In this document: positions 31,962 through 43,524 of the stretch, piece after piece
How the letters are laid out: each line of letters starts with the position of its first letter
Position numbering within the stretch: position 1 is the first letter of the stretch
Assembly (NCBI GenBank): GCA_963753975.1
Contig: CAVWEH010000002.1
Coordinates: 96,001 to 160,000, forward strand
Direction: 5' to 3'
DNA length: 64,000 nt
From: an uncultured delta proteobacterium
GTDB lineage: Bacteria > Desulfobacterota > Syntrophia > Syntrophales > Smithellaceae
Notes under the pieces: generated by a model
What the model was told of the DNA's origin: nothing
The model's database searches: none
Seen by the model: the letters and a program-made list of their open reading frames with translations, nothing else
Program-made: the position numbers and the translations under genes

Positions 31962-32355
31962 AAAAGGCATCAGCATGGTAGAGGTGCTGATCGCTGTAGT
32001 TATTACCATAGCTGCCGTATTTTCTTCTTCCATGATACCAGTGGCATGGAGAACGGCAAGTGGCTCGGATTATTTGGGCAGGGCTACCGGGCTTCTGCAA
32101 AATGAACTGGAAAATCGTCAGTATCAAACGATGAGCGGAGTTGATCCCACTACCCTTGAATATCCTGCAGATGGTAAAGCTATTTTAGTGGGTGATACCA
32201 CTTTCACCGTTAAAACGGTTACCAGTAAAGATAACGTTCATCCCAATACATGGGTAGTAAATGTAAATGTCGCCTGGCCCGGAAATGATAATGGTGTAAC
32301 CAGCAGTATGCTTGTAACCCGGCAATTGGGTTTTAACAATCAAGACAATAAATAG
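31939..32355 (+). CDS. PilV-like minor pilin
   Basis: GISMVE prepilin motif; operon position. Confidence 0.8.
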   Translation: MLTILCCKKGISMVEVLIAVVITIAAVFSSSMIPVAWRTASGSDYLGRATGLLQNELENRQYQTMSGVDPTTLEYPADGKAILVGDTTFTVKTVTSKDNVHPNTWVVNVNVAWPGNDNGVTSSMLVTRQLGFNNQDNK

Positions 32356-32374
32356 TTGCTCGGGGTAGGGCGCA

Positions 32375-33172
32375 ATGAATACAATGAATAAAAACGGTTT
32401 TACATTAGTGGAATTAATTGTCGCCGTGGGGGTTGGCTTAGTAATAATGTTTGCCATATATTCTGTCAGTGATATGGCGCAGCGTTCCTCCGTATCTATA
32501 TCGCAGAAAGTTGTAACCCAGCAGGATGCAAGAGCCGTTTTGGACTTAATGGCGATGGAAATTCGTATGGCATCGTACAATCCGACTGTGGCCAATATCT
32601 GGAACACAATTCCCACGAGTACCTGCGCCTCTATAGCACCATATAACGTGGCACCCAATTCAATCTATAAGGGTATTCAAGTAGCCAAAGCCAATACAAT
32701 TCTTATAGCAATGGATATAGGCGGTCCATTAGTCTCAGCCGGCCCACCACCTGTCTATACCTATGGAACAATTGGCGATTTTCCAAATGAATATATACTG
32801 TATTCTTATAATGGAGTGGATACTATTACGCGGAATGTCAGTTGTGGCGGCAATCAGGCCATTCTGGGCGGCGCGGGATCATCTACAACGGTCGTTAATA
32901 ATGCTACTAACCCGGTTGTCAACCTTTTTACGTATTGGGGGCCTGATATAGATAATCCACCAGATGCGAATCATAATCTTGCCGATATAGATATTACGCA
33001 AAAAGTAATTGCCGATCCCGTAAAATGGATACCGCAAATCAGGCGGATCATAATTACCATTGTTGCCGATACCGAGCTAGCGGATGCGACAACGAAAAAG
33101 AAAAGAAGAATGACTTATTCTACAGGTGTTCTGGTGAGGAACCATGTACTTAGTCCGCCAATTCCGTATTAA
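32375..33172 (+). CDS. PilW-like minor pilin
   Basis: GFTLVE prepilin motif, EIRMA.Y.P, terminal VRN. Confidence 0.85.
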   Translation: MNTMNKNGFTLVELIVAVGVGLVIMFAIYSVSDMAQRSSVSISQKVVTQQDARAVLDLMAMEIRMASYNPTVANIWNTIPTSTCASIAPYNVAPNSIYKGIQVAKANTILIAMDIGGPLVSAGPPPVYTYGTIGDFPNEYILYSYNGVDTITRNVSCGGNQAILGGAGSSTTVVNNATNPVVNLFTYWGPDIDNPPDANHNLADIDITQKVIADPVKWIPQIRRIIITIVADTELADATTKKKRRMTYSTGVLVRNHVLSPPIPY

Positions 33173-33629
33173 TAAAAGAAAGTCTGAACGGGGCTTCATA
33201 TTGCTGGCAGCGCTTTTTGCCATGTTGATTCTGATTGCCGTCGGTTTTCTTGCTTTGACCATGACAACACAAGACATCAGAACCAGCGGGCAATATCTTT
33301 GCGAGAGGCGATCTTTTTCCGCAGCGGATGCCGGCCTTACTGCATTGTGCTTAGGCTTTGATCCTAATATTTTAGTCCCGTCAGGCAATATTCAAGTTGA
33401 TCCCGCGAACGACGCTTCATCTACCTATAGCTATACAAAACCAACGCGAGATAGTGGCACGTCTTCCATTCCGGCGACAGGATCCAATATAGTAGAAGGC
33501 AGCGGTGAAAACTGGATTTACGAATTATATAATGGATCAGTTACCGGGACGGGATGTTCTGGTTCGGGAATGAATTTTGATGTGACTCTTAGATATGGGC
33601 CTGTTAGTAATGATACGGGTTACCGGTAA
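33144..33629 (+). CDS. PilX-like minor pilin
   Basis: ERGFIL lacking E5, AADAG; precedes pilY1. Confidence 0.8.
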   Translation: MYLVRQFRINKRKSERGFILLAALFAMLILIAVGFLALTMTTQDIRTSGQYLCERRSFSAADAGLTALCLGFDPNILVPSGNIQVDPANDASSTYSYTKPTRDSGTSSIPATGSNIVEGSGENWIYELYNGSVTGTGCSGSGMNFDVTLRYGPVSNDTGYR

Positions 33630-33708
33630 CCGGCTATTTTTTTAGAGGATTAAAAAAGAATAATTAGTCCCTGTTAATTATTTGTTTATTATTGAGGAGG
33701 ATAGCGCA

Positions 33709-36700
33709 ATGAAAAAAAAATATTTGGTTGTTTTAATAATTATCCTCAACCTGATAATTATATCGCCGGCTTTTGCCGATGAAACGGATACCTTTTCTTC
33801 ACAAAAACCGGATGTTTTGATTATTATCGACGGTTCCGGCAGTATGGTGTATGAGCCTAGCGGGGCTGATTGTCAAAACACTTCCAATACCAGCTATAGT
33901 TGCGGAAATAAAGTTTACGGAGATGCTAACTGCGATAATGCTACCTTTAACACTTATAAATCGTCAGATTCGACCCGTAATACCGACTGTCGAAAAATAT
34001 CAATTGCCCAAAGAGCCATGAGCAAAATCCTGGACAATCAGAAAGCCAAACAGATAATGAGGATGGGTTTCATGGGTTTTACTAATTGTCAAAATAATAC
34101 TGTTGATGAAGGACAGGGAAGCGCAATTGGTCCCAGGACAAACCCACCATCATCGTCAAACGGGACATATGATCCGATCTCCGGTCATACGCACTCCGGT
34201 TGCAACTATGTGCGCAATGATATTTCGGACTATTATAATAGCTCCACGGACAATATCTTCGAGGCTATCCGGACGAATATCAATAATTATGCGGTTACAG
34301 GCGGCACAGTGCTTGTTGCTTCGCTTGCGGAAGCTAAATTATATTTTACGAATTATACGGACGCCGCCAAAGACTGCCGGACTAAATTTGTAATTGTTAT
34401 TACTGATGGCGATGATACTTTTGCTTGCCCCAGTGCTACGGGAAACGAATTGCAAAAAGACCAATACAAAAGACGCCGCGAATCGGTAGCGGCAGTAAAA
34501 GCCCTTTATGATACTTTTTCCAGCAGTACGGATGCAAAACTTGCAGACGAAAAAATAAAAACGTTTGTTATCGGCTTTGGCGCCGCCATGCCTGATTGGT
34601 CGGAAAACACATTAAACTGGATGGCCTACTATGGACAAACCAGTTTCAGTTCGACGGCCACCGTACCGACAACTCTTTATTATCTCGATACCACAAAACC
34701 GGCTTACCTTTATCCCGTGGATCCGGCTACTAATGTTCAAATTACCGCTTGTCAGGATCAAGCAGCATATTTAGAGACGACTTCCAGTTACTATAGTGAT
34801 CATGTTAATCACTGTGACGGCAGCCATACAGGTTGCGTACTTCAACCTAATTATACCCACGGAGGACATACCTATAACGAGCAACTGACTGATCCCGGCA
34901 CTGTTCCGCTTACCGGTTATGCTGCTGTGGCTGCTAATGTAACAGATCTGGATGCGGCGCTGGCATCGGCCTTTAAAGTTATTGAAGCGACTTATTCGTT
35001 TGCCACTTCTTCCGTTCAATCGGTGCGGACAAAAGATGAAAATTATATTTATGAAGCATCATTTTCGGTAAGAACCAGTGACCCTTTTTACCTGGGGCAC
35101 TTAAAACAATATACAATTAATACGGATGGAACTATTCCCACCAACTTTAACTGGGATGCGGGCGCCCTGCTGCAAACCGCCTCGGCAAGTAGTCGGAATA
35201 TTTGGACTTACAAAAGTACCGGTCCGATTGCATTTACCGGTGATGGAAGTATGTCCGGTAATATAAATTATACGGATCTGGGTATCAATACCGGCGTTCC
35301 CGCCAACGATGCTGTTTCTGCCGGCAACATTATTACGTTCATTCGGGGCGGCGATATTACCGGTACTACTGATGCTAATAATGCCTGGAAACTGGGGGAT
35401 ACTTTCCATAGCTTCCCGGTGACAGTGGGAACGCCGGCAACATATTATTGTGATAATGTAGATCCCACAGGTTTGTGCTGCAATAGCCTCACTTGCCAGG
35501 ATCCCTTCACTTGCGATCCACCATATTCCTGCTGCACTTGTGAAAAAGCTTTTGATATATTTCGTGGATATCATCAAAGGTCAACGGTCAAGTACAAACA
35601 GAATGATTGTAACCGGCGCCAATGACGGACAATTGCACATGTTCAGCACCTATAATGGGGCGGAACGATGGAGCTTTATTCCCCCCAATCTCCTTTCTCA
35701 GCTGCAGTATGTTTCCCATCAGACTCATCCGGATACTTCTCAATCTCATACTTATTTTGTTGATGGTCCAATTTCCATTAGCGATATTTGGTTGCCTGCC
35801 GGCGACGCTACTATAGGGGTTGCGAAAACATATTCTGATTGGCATACGTGGCTGGTATTCAGCGAAGGTCGGGGCGCGAAAAATACTTTGTGGAGCAAAT
35901 TTCCTTCGTGTGACAGTAATCTGAGTAAATACTATTCCACGACTTACCAATATTATTGCGGCTATTATGCTTTTGACCTGACTAATATCACCAATACCAG
36001 TCCGACACCTGATGGCCCGAAATGGCTTTTGGGCGTTTCCGAGTGCCGACGCGACTTATTTAGGCGAGCCCTGGAGTAAAATGATTATGGGCCGCGTTCG
36101 AATAGATGGCGATGAAGATTGGGTTGGCTTCATCGGCGGCGGCTATTCCGATTGTTTGAGTACGGATGATTCCAGTTGCACCACTCGCGGTAACGGATTT
36201 TTTGTTGTTAATTTAAAAACAGGAAGCGTGCTGAAGCGGTTTTCTAATGCCACGAATCTGACTATGACCTATCAACTCCCCGCTCCCCCATCTCCAGTTG
36301 ATACTGATAATGACGGCTTTGTGGACATTGTTTATTAGGGCGATTTAGGTAACGACGTCTGGCGGTTCAAAATGTGTTTGGCAGCCGATGATACGGGTAG
36401 CCCAAAATGCGGTATGGGCACGACGGGCAGATGGATTTCAACGGCGCTCTTATCTTCTTCCTCACATTATCGAAAAATATTTACGCAGGCGGCTGTTGCC
36501 AGAGATAATCTCGGTAATATGTGGGTGTATGTCGGCACCGGTGATAAGATGCACCCCGTTGCTGTTCTTAAGGATAGTTCCAATAATACCGTAAACGATA
36601 GGTTATATGCGATTATGGATAATGATCTATCCACCACACATACCTTGAACAATCTGCAGAGATATAACATCAGGGCAGTACTTATAATCCTACTTCTCCC

Positions 36701-37117
36701 ACCTGTAATACTACTCCTTGCAGCGGTTGGTATATTAATCTACAGATAGGTGCTGGAGAAAAAATACTTGCTGACCCGGTAGTCTTTCAAGGGGTAGTTT
36801 ATTTTACGACTTATGTCCCGCCTGCGGGTACGAATGTCTGTGACGTATCCGGTACTGCTTATTTGTACGCTCTTAATTATGTCACCGGTGCTGGAGAATT
36901 TACTGGCGCTACCCCACGATCCGAATTTATCGGTTATGGAATACCATCGTCACCAATTGTTTCTTTAAATCCCTATGGAGGCACCGATATTTATGTTTCC
37001 ACAAGTCAAAAAAATACTCAAACGGCTGATACTTTTGTCAAGAAACAAACTACGCCGACAATAACTAATTACAATAAAACGAACTTGATGATGTGGCGTG
37101 ACAAGCGCGTGCAGTAA
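33709..37117 (+). CDS. pilY1: PilY1/PilC tip adhesin (vWA plus beta-propeller), interrupted by four +1 shifts (~35588, ~36035, two at ~36660-36675) and an in-frame TAG at 36336
   Basis: Signal peptide, MIDAS DGSGS and TDG, KLGD.FHS, GANDGQLH, YFVDG, DTDNDGFVD Ca loop, GTGD, GWYINL..GEK, VYFTTY across the fragments. Confidence 0.85.
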
Positions 37118-37205
37118 GTTATTATGGATATGAAAAATAAAATTTATTGACAGGGAATTGATATATCTATAGCGTAACACGTGAGTTCCAAAGGGTTTGA
37201 TTTAT

Positions 37206-37379
37206 ATGGGCACGGAAAAGAAATATTGTGCGATTTGCGCCTGGCGCGGCAGTTGCCAGAAAAAATTCAGTGTTTCTACGGATGCCTCCGGATATGTTCA
37301 TTGTCCGGATTACTCCCGCGACCTCGCCATTAAAGATCAGGATATTGACGCGGCGGTTAAAAAAGACCAGCAGGCCTGA
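37206..37379 (+). CDS. Small Cys-rich hypothetical protein
   Basis: CAICAWRGSC...CPDY; fills the gap before argS. Confidence 0.65.
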   Translation: MGTEKKYCAICAWRGSCQKKFSVSTDASGYVHCPDYSRDLAIKDQDIDAAVKKDQQA

Positions 37380-37407
37380 CAAAAAAGAATAATAGTTCAA
37401 CTTGCAG

Positions 37408-37450
37408 TGGCAAGCGGCAAATGATATTTATAGCTGCTTGCCATTTTTTT
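37408..37450 (+). terminator. Terminator-like hairpin upstream of argS
   Basis: TGGCAAGCGGC...GCTGCTTGCCA followed by T7. Confidence 0.6.
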
Positions 37451-37473
37451 ATGGAAAAGGTTGAAACTTGTTA

Positions 37474-39141
37474 ATGAAGAATAAAATTACCGCACTTATC
37501 GAAAAAGCGATAAATTCATGCGTAAAGAAGAAATTACTTGGCGCAGTTGATTTGCCCTATATTGAAGTGGAAGTACCGGCGAATCATGATCACGGAGATT
37601 ATGCTTCTAATGCGGCAATGGTTTTAGCGTCTTCCGTCAAACAAAATCCGCGGAAAATAGCCGAAATTATCCAGGCGAATTTAATTGACGCCGAAAAAAT
37701 TATCGAGAAAACTCAAATAGCCGGCCCCGGTTTCCTTAATTTTTTTATCAAAGACGATGTTTGGCAAAAATCTCTCCGGGATATCGAAAAGCAAAAAGAA
37801 AAATATGGTTCAATAAATAGCGGCGACGGCAAGAAAGTTCAGGTGGAATTTGTCAGCGCTAATCCGACGGGTCCCTTGCATATCGGTCACGCTCGCGGCG
37901 CGGTTGTGGGCGACGTAATTGCCAATTTACTGATGGTGGCCGGCTATAAAGTATCGAAAGAATACTATATCAACGATGCCGGGAACCAGATGAATAATCT
38001 GGGCAAATCAGTATTACTGCGATACCGTGAATTATTAGGTAAAAAAATTGAATTTCCCGAAACCTGTTACCGGGGAGATTACATTAAAGAGATTGCCGGC
38101 GACATCATTAAAAGGGAAGGGAATAAATACCTGACGGCGATAAACGAGGAAGAAACGATCCGAAAATTTACCGCTATTGCCGGACAAATTATCATGGAGG
38201 AGATAAAAAAGGATTTATTTGACTTCGGCGTTACTTTTAATGAATATTTCAGCGAAAAAGAATTATATAAAAATAACGGAGTGACTAAACTTTTAGATAA
38301 ATTGCAAAAACAGGGGTTTGTTTACATCGACGAGGAAGCCAAATGGGCCGGGACATCTGGTTACGGTGACGAAAAAGACCGGGTTGTGGTTCGTAAAAAC
38401 GGTGAGCCTACTTATTTTGCCGCCGATATTGCGTATCATCAAAATAAATTTTCCCGCGGCTTTGAGACAATTATCGATATCTGGGGCGCCGACCATCACG
38501 GTTATATGCCGCGCTTGTTTGCCGGTATTCAGGCTCTGGGGCATGATAAAAACAGCTTAAAAATCATTTTGGTGCAATTGGTTAATTTACTGCGAGACGG
38601 AACACCGGTCGCTATGTCCACCCGTTCGGGTGAATTTGTGACTTTGCGGGAAGTACTCGATGAAGTGGGTAAAGATGCCGCCCGTTATAATTTCCTAATG
38701 AGGCGTTCCGACAGCCACCTGGATTTTGATCTGGAACTGGCTAAAAGACAAGTGAGCGAAAATCCTGTTTATTATGTGCAATATGCCCATGCCCGGATTT
38801 GTTCGATTTTAAACATGGCGCGGGAACGCGGCATTCCCCTGCCTAACTACGCAGATATCGAAACGGCCTTATTGAATGAGCCCGAGGAAAAAGTTTTGAT
38901 AAAATTAATGGCTCGTTTCCCGGAAATTATTGAAGGTGCCGCAGGCGCCCTGGAGCCGCATCGGGTTACTTTTTATCTAAATGAACTGGCCGGAGTTTTC
39001 CACAGCTACTATAATAAAAATAAGGTAATTTCCGAAAATAATATGTTGACTGCCGCCCGGCTGTTATTAGTAAAAACAATTGGTATTGTTTTGCGCAATG
39101 CGCTAAAAATATTGGGTGTGAGCGCACCGGAAAAAATGTAA
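37474..39141 (+). CDS. argS: Arginine--tRNA ligase
   Basis: [30 protein letters not shown]. Confidence 0.98.
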   Translation: MKNKITALIEKAINSCVKKKLLGAVDLPYIEVEVPANHDHGDYASNAAMVLASSVKQNPRKIAEIIQANLIDAEKIIEKTQIAGPGFLNFFIKDDVWQKSLRDIEKQKEKYGSINSGDGKKVQVEFVSANPTGPLHIGHARGAVVGDVIANLLMVAGYKVSKEYYINDAGNQMNNLGKSVLLRYRELLGKKIEFPETCYRGDYIKEIAGDIIKREGNKYLTAINEEETIRKFTAIAGQIIMEEIKKDLFDFGVTFNEYFSEKELYKNNGVTKLLDKLQKQGFVYIDEEAKWAGTSGYGDEKDRVVVRKNGEPTYFAADIAYHQNKFSRGFETIIDIWGADHHGYMPRLFAGIQALGHDKNSLKIILVQLVNLLRDGTPVAMSTRSGEFVTLREVLDEVGKDAARYNFLMRRSDSHLDFDLELAKRQVSENPVYYVQYAHARICSILNMARERGIPLPNYADIETALLNEPEEKVLIKLMARFPEIIEGAAGALEPHRVTFYLNELAGVFHSYYNKNKVISENNMLTAARLLLVKTIGIVLRNALKILGVSAPEKM

Positions 39142-39224
39142 AAGGAAAGAATTGACTAAAGTTTAAATAATATTTTTTTGTAATTACCATAAAAACAGAA
39201 AAATGGTGTTAGCAGGTAAAAAAA

Positions 39225-39959
39225 ATGACTTCGGGAAATATAAAAAATTTTGAATTGAGATTAAAAAAACTGGGATTAATTATCGTTATTACCGGAATGG
39301 CTGCCCTTATATGTTTTGCTTTTTTATTGGGAGTCACTGTAGGGAAAAATATCGATACTTATCCCGAGCAAATTGCCGCACTGCCCCGGAAGGTATTGGC
39401 ATTTATCTGGCGTCCGGCAGAAATTCAAACTCCTCAAGAAGACTCTAAGGACGGAGAAAATATTGACCTTAACTATTACAATAATTTAACCAGTAAAAAA
39501 GGTACGCCTAAAGAACAAGCCGTGCCGCAGAAAAAAGATAGTACTGAAGTTCTGCCGCAATCGGCTTCCGTGACAAAGGACAATGACGAAAGTTCAAAAT
39601 CAGATGCAAGTATGCAGGCTCAAAAGAAGTCGGTGGCAGTCAAAGAAACAGTTAAAGATGAAAGCAAGTCTAAAACAAAAGAAACTCCGACTCCGGCGTA
39701 TAAACAAAAATTTATAATTCAGGCGGCTTCTTTAAAGGAGAAGGCTAAGGCTTACCAGTTAAATAAGAAAATAGCGGCATTAGGCTTGGAAGGACTGATA
39801 GTTCCGGTAGAAATTAAAGGTAGGGGAATCTGGTATCGCATAATTATTTCCGGATTTGAAAGTAAAACTCAGGCGCAGGCAGCCGCTGCAAAAATCTCTA
39901 AAAAGACAGGAATAAATTGTATCATCAGGAATATTGATGGTAACGTGAAGAAAAAATGA
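39225..39959 (+). CDS. SPOR domain protein (FtsN-like)
   Basis: N-terminal TM, low-complexity linker, IQAAS...WYRI. Confidence 0.85.
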   Translation: MTSGNIKNFELRLKKLGLIIVITGMAALICFAFLLGVTVGKNIDTYPEQIAALPRKVLAFIWRPAEIQTPQEDSKDGENIDLNYYNNLTSKKGTPKEQAVPQKKDSTEVLPQSASVTKDNDESSKSDASMQAQKKSVAVKETVKDESKSKTKETPTPAYKQKFIIQAASLKEKAKAYQLNKKIAALGLEGLIVPVEIKGRGIWYRIIISGFESKTQAQAAAAKISKKTGINCIIRNIDGNVKKK

Positions 39960-39980
39960 GAAGCAGCTAATTATTTGATT

Positions 39981-41315
39981 ATGTTTGAAAATCTATCGGA
40001 AAAATTGGAAAATATTTTCCAAAAATTAAAGGGACGCGGAATTTTAAATGAGGAAGACATAAACACCGCGCTCAAAGAAATACGCATGACTCTTCTGGAA
40101 GCCGATGTAAATTTCAAGGTGGTTAAGGATTTTGTAGAAAATATTCGTGTCCGGGCGATAGGCAAAGAAGTATTGGATAGCATCACTCCCGGCCAGCAGG
40201 TCATGAAAATCGTTTATGATAAGCTCGTTAATTTAATGGGCGAAACCAGCGCCAATATAAAATTCGGTGCCCGTGTTCCGTCAGTCATTATGCTTGTCGG
40301 TTTACAAGGCTGCGGTAAGACAACGACAGCCGTGAAACTGGCGCGTTTATTATCGAATGAGCAAAAAAAAGTTTATCTTGTTTCAGCCGATATTCACCGT
40401 CCGGCGGCTATGGAGCAGCTTAGTGTATTGGGAAGAAAGATAAACGCCGGCGTTTTTGAAGCCGGCAGCATGCTGGAAGAGCCGGCGGAAATTTGTGCTA
40501 AAGCTTTGGAGAAGGCCAGAAAAGAAGGCTATGATGTAGTAATTATAGATACAGCCGGAAGATTGCATATTGACGATTTATTGATGAAAGAACTAAAAAA
40601 TATCAAGGATAAAATCAATCCGGCGGAAATCATTTATGTTGCTGATGCAATGATGGGTCAGGATGCCGTCAATGTCGGCACAAAATTCAATGAATTGATC
40701 GGTATTGACGGCGTTATTATGACCAAAATGGACGGTGACGCACGCGGCGGTGCCGCGCTGTCGCTGAAAGCGGTTATCGGGAAACCCATTAAATTTATCG
40801 GTGTTGGAGAAAAAATCGATGCCCTGGAGGTCTTTCATCCGGAAAGAATGGCTTCGCGCATTCTAGGCGGGGGCGATATCCTGACATTGATGGAAAAAGC
40901 TAAAGCCTCTATCGATGAAAAGAAAGCACGTGAGCTTAATAAGAAAATAAGAAAAAAAGAATTTAGCCTGGAGGATTTCCGTGATCAATTAGAACAAATG
41001 AAAAAGATGGGATCGGTAAAAGATGTTTTAGGTATGGTTCCCGGTTTAGGAAAAGTAAAAGCCCTAAAAGAAATTCAACCGGATGATAAGGAACTTATTA
41101 AAATAACGGCAATTATAGATTCCATGACACCAAAAGAACGCTGCAATTACCAAATTATCGACGGACGAAGGAGAAAAAGGATAGCATTAGGCAGCGGTAC
41201 GACAATTCAGGATGTCAATCGTTTGCTGAAAAATTACGGCGAAATTAAGAAGATGATGTTCAGATTTAATCAAAAAGACTCTGTAAAATCTCTACTGAGG
41301 AATTTCCCCTTTTAA
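39981..41315 (+). CDS. ffh: Signal recognition particle protein
   Basis: GLQGCGKTT, DTAGR, TKMDGDARGG, M domain. Confidence 0.98.
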   Translation: MFENLSEKLENIFQKLKGRGILNEEDINTALKEIRMTLLEADVNFKVVKDFVENIRVRAIGKEVLDSITPGQQVMKIVYDKLVNLMGETSANIKFGARVPSVIMLVGLQGCGKTTTAVKLARLLSNEQKKVYLVSADIHRPAAMEQLSVLGRKINAGVFEAGSMLEEPAEICAKALEKARKEGYDVVIIDTAGRLHIDDLLMKELKNIKDKINPAEIIYVADAMMGQDAVNVGTKFNELIGIDGVIMTKMDGDARGGAALSLKAVIGKPIKFIGVGEKIDALEVFHPERMASRILGGGDILTLMEKAKASIDEKKARELNKKIRKKEFSLEDFRDQLEQMKKMGSVKDVLGMVPGLGKVKALKEIQPDDKELIKITAIIDSMTPKERCNYQIIDGRRRKRIALGSGTTIQDVNRLLKNYGEIKKMMFRFNQKDSVKSLLRNFPF

Positions 41316-41386
41316 AATATAAAAAACTGTGGTAAGTAATTATAACTACATAAAATTATTACTTAAGGAGGTTTTACTTAAAATCA

Positions 41387-41641
41387 ATGGCGGTTAAAAT
41401 TCGATTAACTCGTATGGGTGCAAAAAGCAAACCATTTTATCGTATTGTGGCGGCAGATACTGATTTTCCTAGAGATGGAAGGTTTTTGGAGATTTTAGGC
41501 AATTACGATCCCAAGAAAAATCCGGCAGAAATTACTCTCAAAGAAGGACGCGTTCGTGACTGGTTGGCTAAAGGCGCTAAAGCGACTCCGACGGTTGCGA
41601 GCCTCTTGAAAACAAAGGGAATAGAAGCTCGCGTTAAATAA
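41387..41641 (+). CDS. rpsP: 30S ribosomal protein S16
   Basis: VKIRL.R.G, PRDGRF. Confidence 0.98.
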   Translation: MAVKIRLTRMGAKSKPFYRIVAADTDFPRDGRFLEILGNYDPKKNPAEITLKEGRVRDWLAKGAKATPTVASLLKTKGIEARVK

Positions 41642-41781
41642 AAGTGATTTAAAATTTTAATCATTTGTGACTGTGAAATGACGAGGGTCTTTGTATGACA
41701 ACGCATCGCTTGAACAAAAGAATTGTGATTGATAAAATAATTTCGCCAAAGGGTTAATCAAAACAAGTGGAGGTAAGGACG

Positions 41782-42012
41782 ATGAAAGAGTTGATCAAGT
41801 ATATATCTCAGTCGTTGGTAGATGATCCGGAAAAGGTTGAAGTAACTGAAATCGTCGGCGAACAAACATCTGTGATTGAATTACGTGTAGCAAAAGAAGA
41901 TTTAGGTAAAGTCATCGGAAAACAAGGCAGAACAGCCAAAGCTATCCGCACAATTTTAAGCGCGGCCTCTGCCAAGATTCATAAGCGGTCAGTTTTAGAA
42001 ATTATTGAATAA
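41782..42012 (+). CDS. khpA: KH domain RNA-binding protein
   Basis: [15 protein letters not shown]; between rpsP and rimM. Confidence 0.92.
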   Translation: MKELIKYISQSLVDDPEKVEVTEIVGEQTSVIELRVAKEDLGKVIGKQGRTAKAIRTILSAASAKIHKRSVLEIIE

Positions 42013-42018
42013 AGAAAA

Positions 42019-42519
42019 ATGGATCTCTTGGCGATTGGGGAGATCGTGAAAACCAAAGGTCTCCGCGGGTGTCTAAAAATCTTATCATATGCGGCGACGA
42101 AAAAAGTTTTTGCCGGGCTTAAAGATATTTATATAGAAAAGTCGGCGGGGCAAAAAAATCACCATAACATCAGAAAAATTAGTGTCTCCGGCAAGTTTTT
42201 ATTTATTGAACTGGAAGGAATAGACGATGTGGAGTCGGCCGGACGTTTTGTCGGCTCTAAGATTTTTGTGCCGAAAGAATTATTGCCGGACTTGGCGGAG
42301 GATGAATATTACTGGCAGGATATTATCGGGCTTAATGTTTTTAGCGAGGAAAGGGAGCATTTGGGACGGATAGAATCGATTTTCCCCACAGGAAGCAATG
42401 ATGTTTATGTCTGTAAAGGGGGCCCAAGAGAGATACTTCTTCCGGCGATTGCCGATGTTATTCGGCAAATAGATATTCGTCGCGGTATAATGACTGTAAA
42501 AGTGCCAAAAGGGCTATAA
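42019..42519 (+). CDS. rimM: Ribosome maturation factor RimM
   Basis: G.I.K..GLRG, EYYW.D, GSNDVY. Confidence 0.95.
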   Translation: MDLLAIGEIVKTKGLRGCLKILSYAATKKVFAGLKDIYIEKSAGQKNHHNIRKISVSGKFLFIELEGIDDVESAGRFVGSKIFVPKELLPDLAEDEYYWQDIIGLNVFSEEREHLGRIESIFPTGSNDVYVCKGGPREILLPAIADVIRQIDIRRGIMTVKVPKGL

Positions 42520-42523
42520 TAAA

Positions 42524-43261
42524 GTGATTAGGTTTGATGTCCTTTCTATTTTTCCCGAGATGTTGGTTTCCCCCATCAGTTTTAGCCTGCTGAAGAAAGC
42601 CCAGGAAAAAGGCCTTGTGGAGGTTTTCTTGCATGATATACGCGATTGGGCGCAGGATAAGCATAAGATGACCGATGATGCCCCTTACGGCAGCGGTTGC
42701 GGTATGGTGATGAAAGTCGAGCCTGTGGAAAAGGCGCTGGCGGCTGTTAAAAATGCCCGGAAAAAAGCTCTGGTGGTACTGATGACACCGCAGGGCGAAA
42801 TCTTAGATCAGGAAATCGCCAAGGAATTAGCCGAAAAAGAGCAAGTAATCATTATTTGCGGCCGTTATGAAGGAGTGGATGAAAGAATAAGAGAACACTT
42901 AACAGATCGGGAAATATCCATAGGAGATTATATTTTAACCGGGGGTGAGCTTTCCGCTTTAGTTTTAATAGATGTCGTATCCCGTTTTATTCCGGGTGTG
43001 CTGGGAAATTCGGAATCAACACTTAGCGAATCTTTTTCCCATGGTTTTTTGGAGTATCCCCAATATACAAGACCTGCTGGGTATAAAGGCTGGAAGGTGC
43101 CGGAAGTTTTGGTTTCCGGAAACCATGCGCAGATTGAACGATGGCGTAGGTATGAATCGCTCAAGAGGACATATAAGCGCCGGCCGGATTTACTGGAAAA
43201 GATCGAACTTTCAGAGGCAGATAAAAAAAATCTGCAAAAAATCAAGTTGGAAGCTACATAA
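42524..43261 (+). CDS. trmD: tRNA (guanine37-N1)-methyltransferase
   Basis: [25 protein letters not shown]. Confidence 0.98.
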   Translation: MIRFDVLSIFPEMLVSPISFSLLKKAQEKGLVEVFLHDIRDWAQDKHKMTDDAPYGSGCGMVMKVEPVEKALAAVKNARKKALVVLMTPQGEILDQEIAKELAEKEQVIIICGRYEGVDERIREHLTDREISIGDYILTGGELSALVLIDVVSRFIPGVLGNSESTLSESFSHGFLEYPQYTRPAGYKGWKVPEVLVSGNHAQIERWRRYESLKRTYKRRPDLLEKIELSEADKKNLQKIKLEAT

Positions 43262-43308
43262 TATCTTGATTTTGAAAGCCGTTTACGGTAGTTAAACGCA
43301 ACTTTTTC

Positions 43309-43465
43309 AATGACACTCGCTGAAAACGAACAACGCGAAGTTTGAAGCGTTAGTGGAATTGATCCCCAAGGCGAAGCTAAGCGGGATAATGACACTCGCT
43401 GAAAACGAACAACGCGAAGTTCGAAGCGTTAGTGGAATTGATCCCCAAGGCGAAGCTAAGCGGGA
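43309..43465 (+). repeat. Tandem duplication of a 79-bp palindromic repeat unit
   Basis: AATGACACTCGCTGAAAACGAAC...GCGAAGCTAAGCGGGA twice with one mismatch; related to 23246-23357. Confidence 0.92.
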
Positions 43466-43524
43466 AGGGAAGGCCTATACGGGAACTATTTCCCATTAAT
43501 TTATATAAAACCAGAAAAGCACGT

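Noticed and set aside
37380..37473. T-box riboswitch ahead of argS
   Set aside because: Terminator present, but no T-box GGTGGNACC motif and too little room for stem I
41645..41760. ncRNA between rpsP and khpA
   Set aside because: Only weak terminal complementarity (AATCA/TGATT) and no recognisable family motif
43309..43465. CRISPR array
   Set aside because: Two contiguous 79-bp copies without unique spacers; no cas genes
43432..43524. N-terminal extension of the SPOUT methyltransferase
   Set aside because: Derived from the tandem repeat; the family-like sequence starts at ATG 43525
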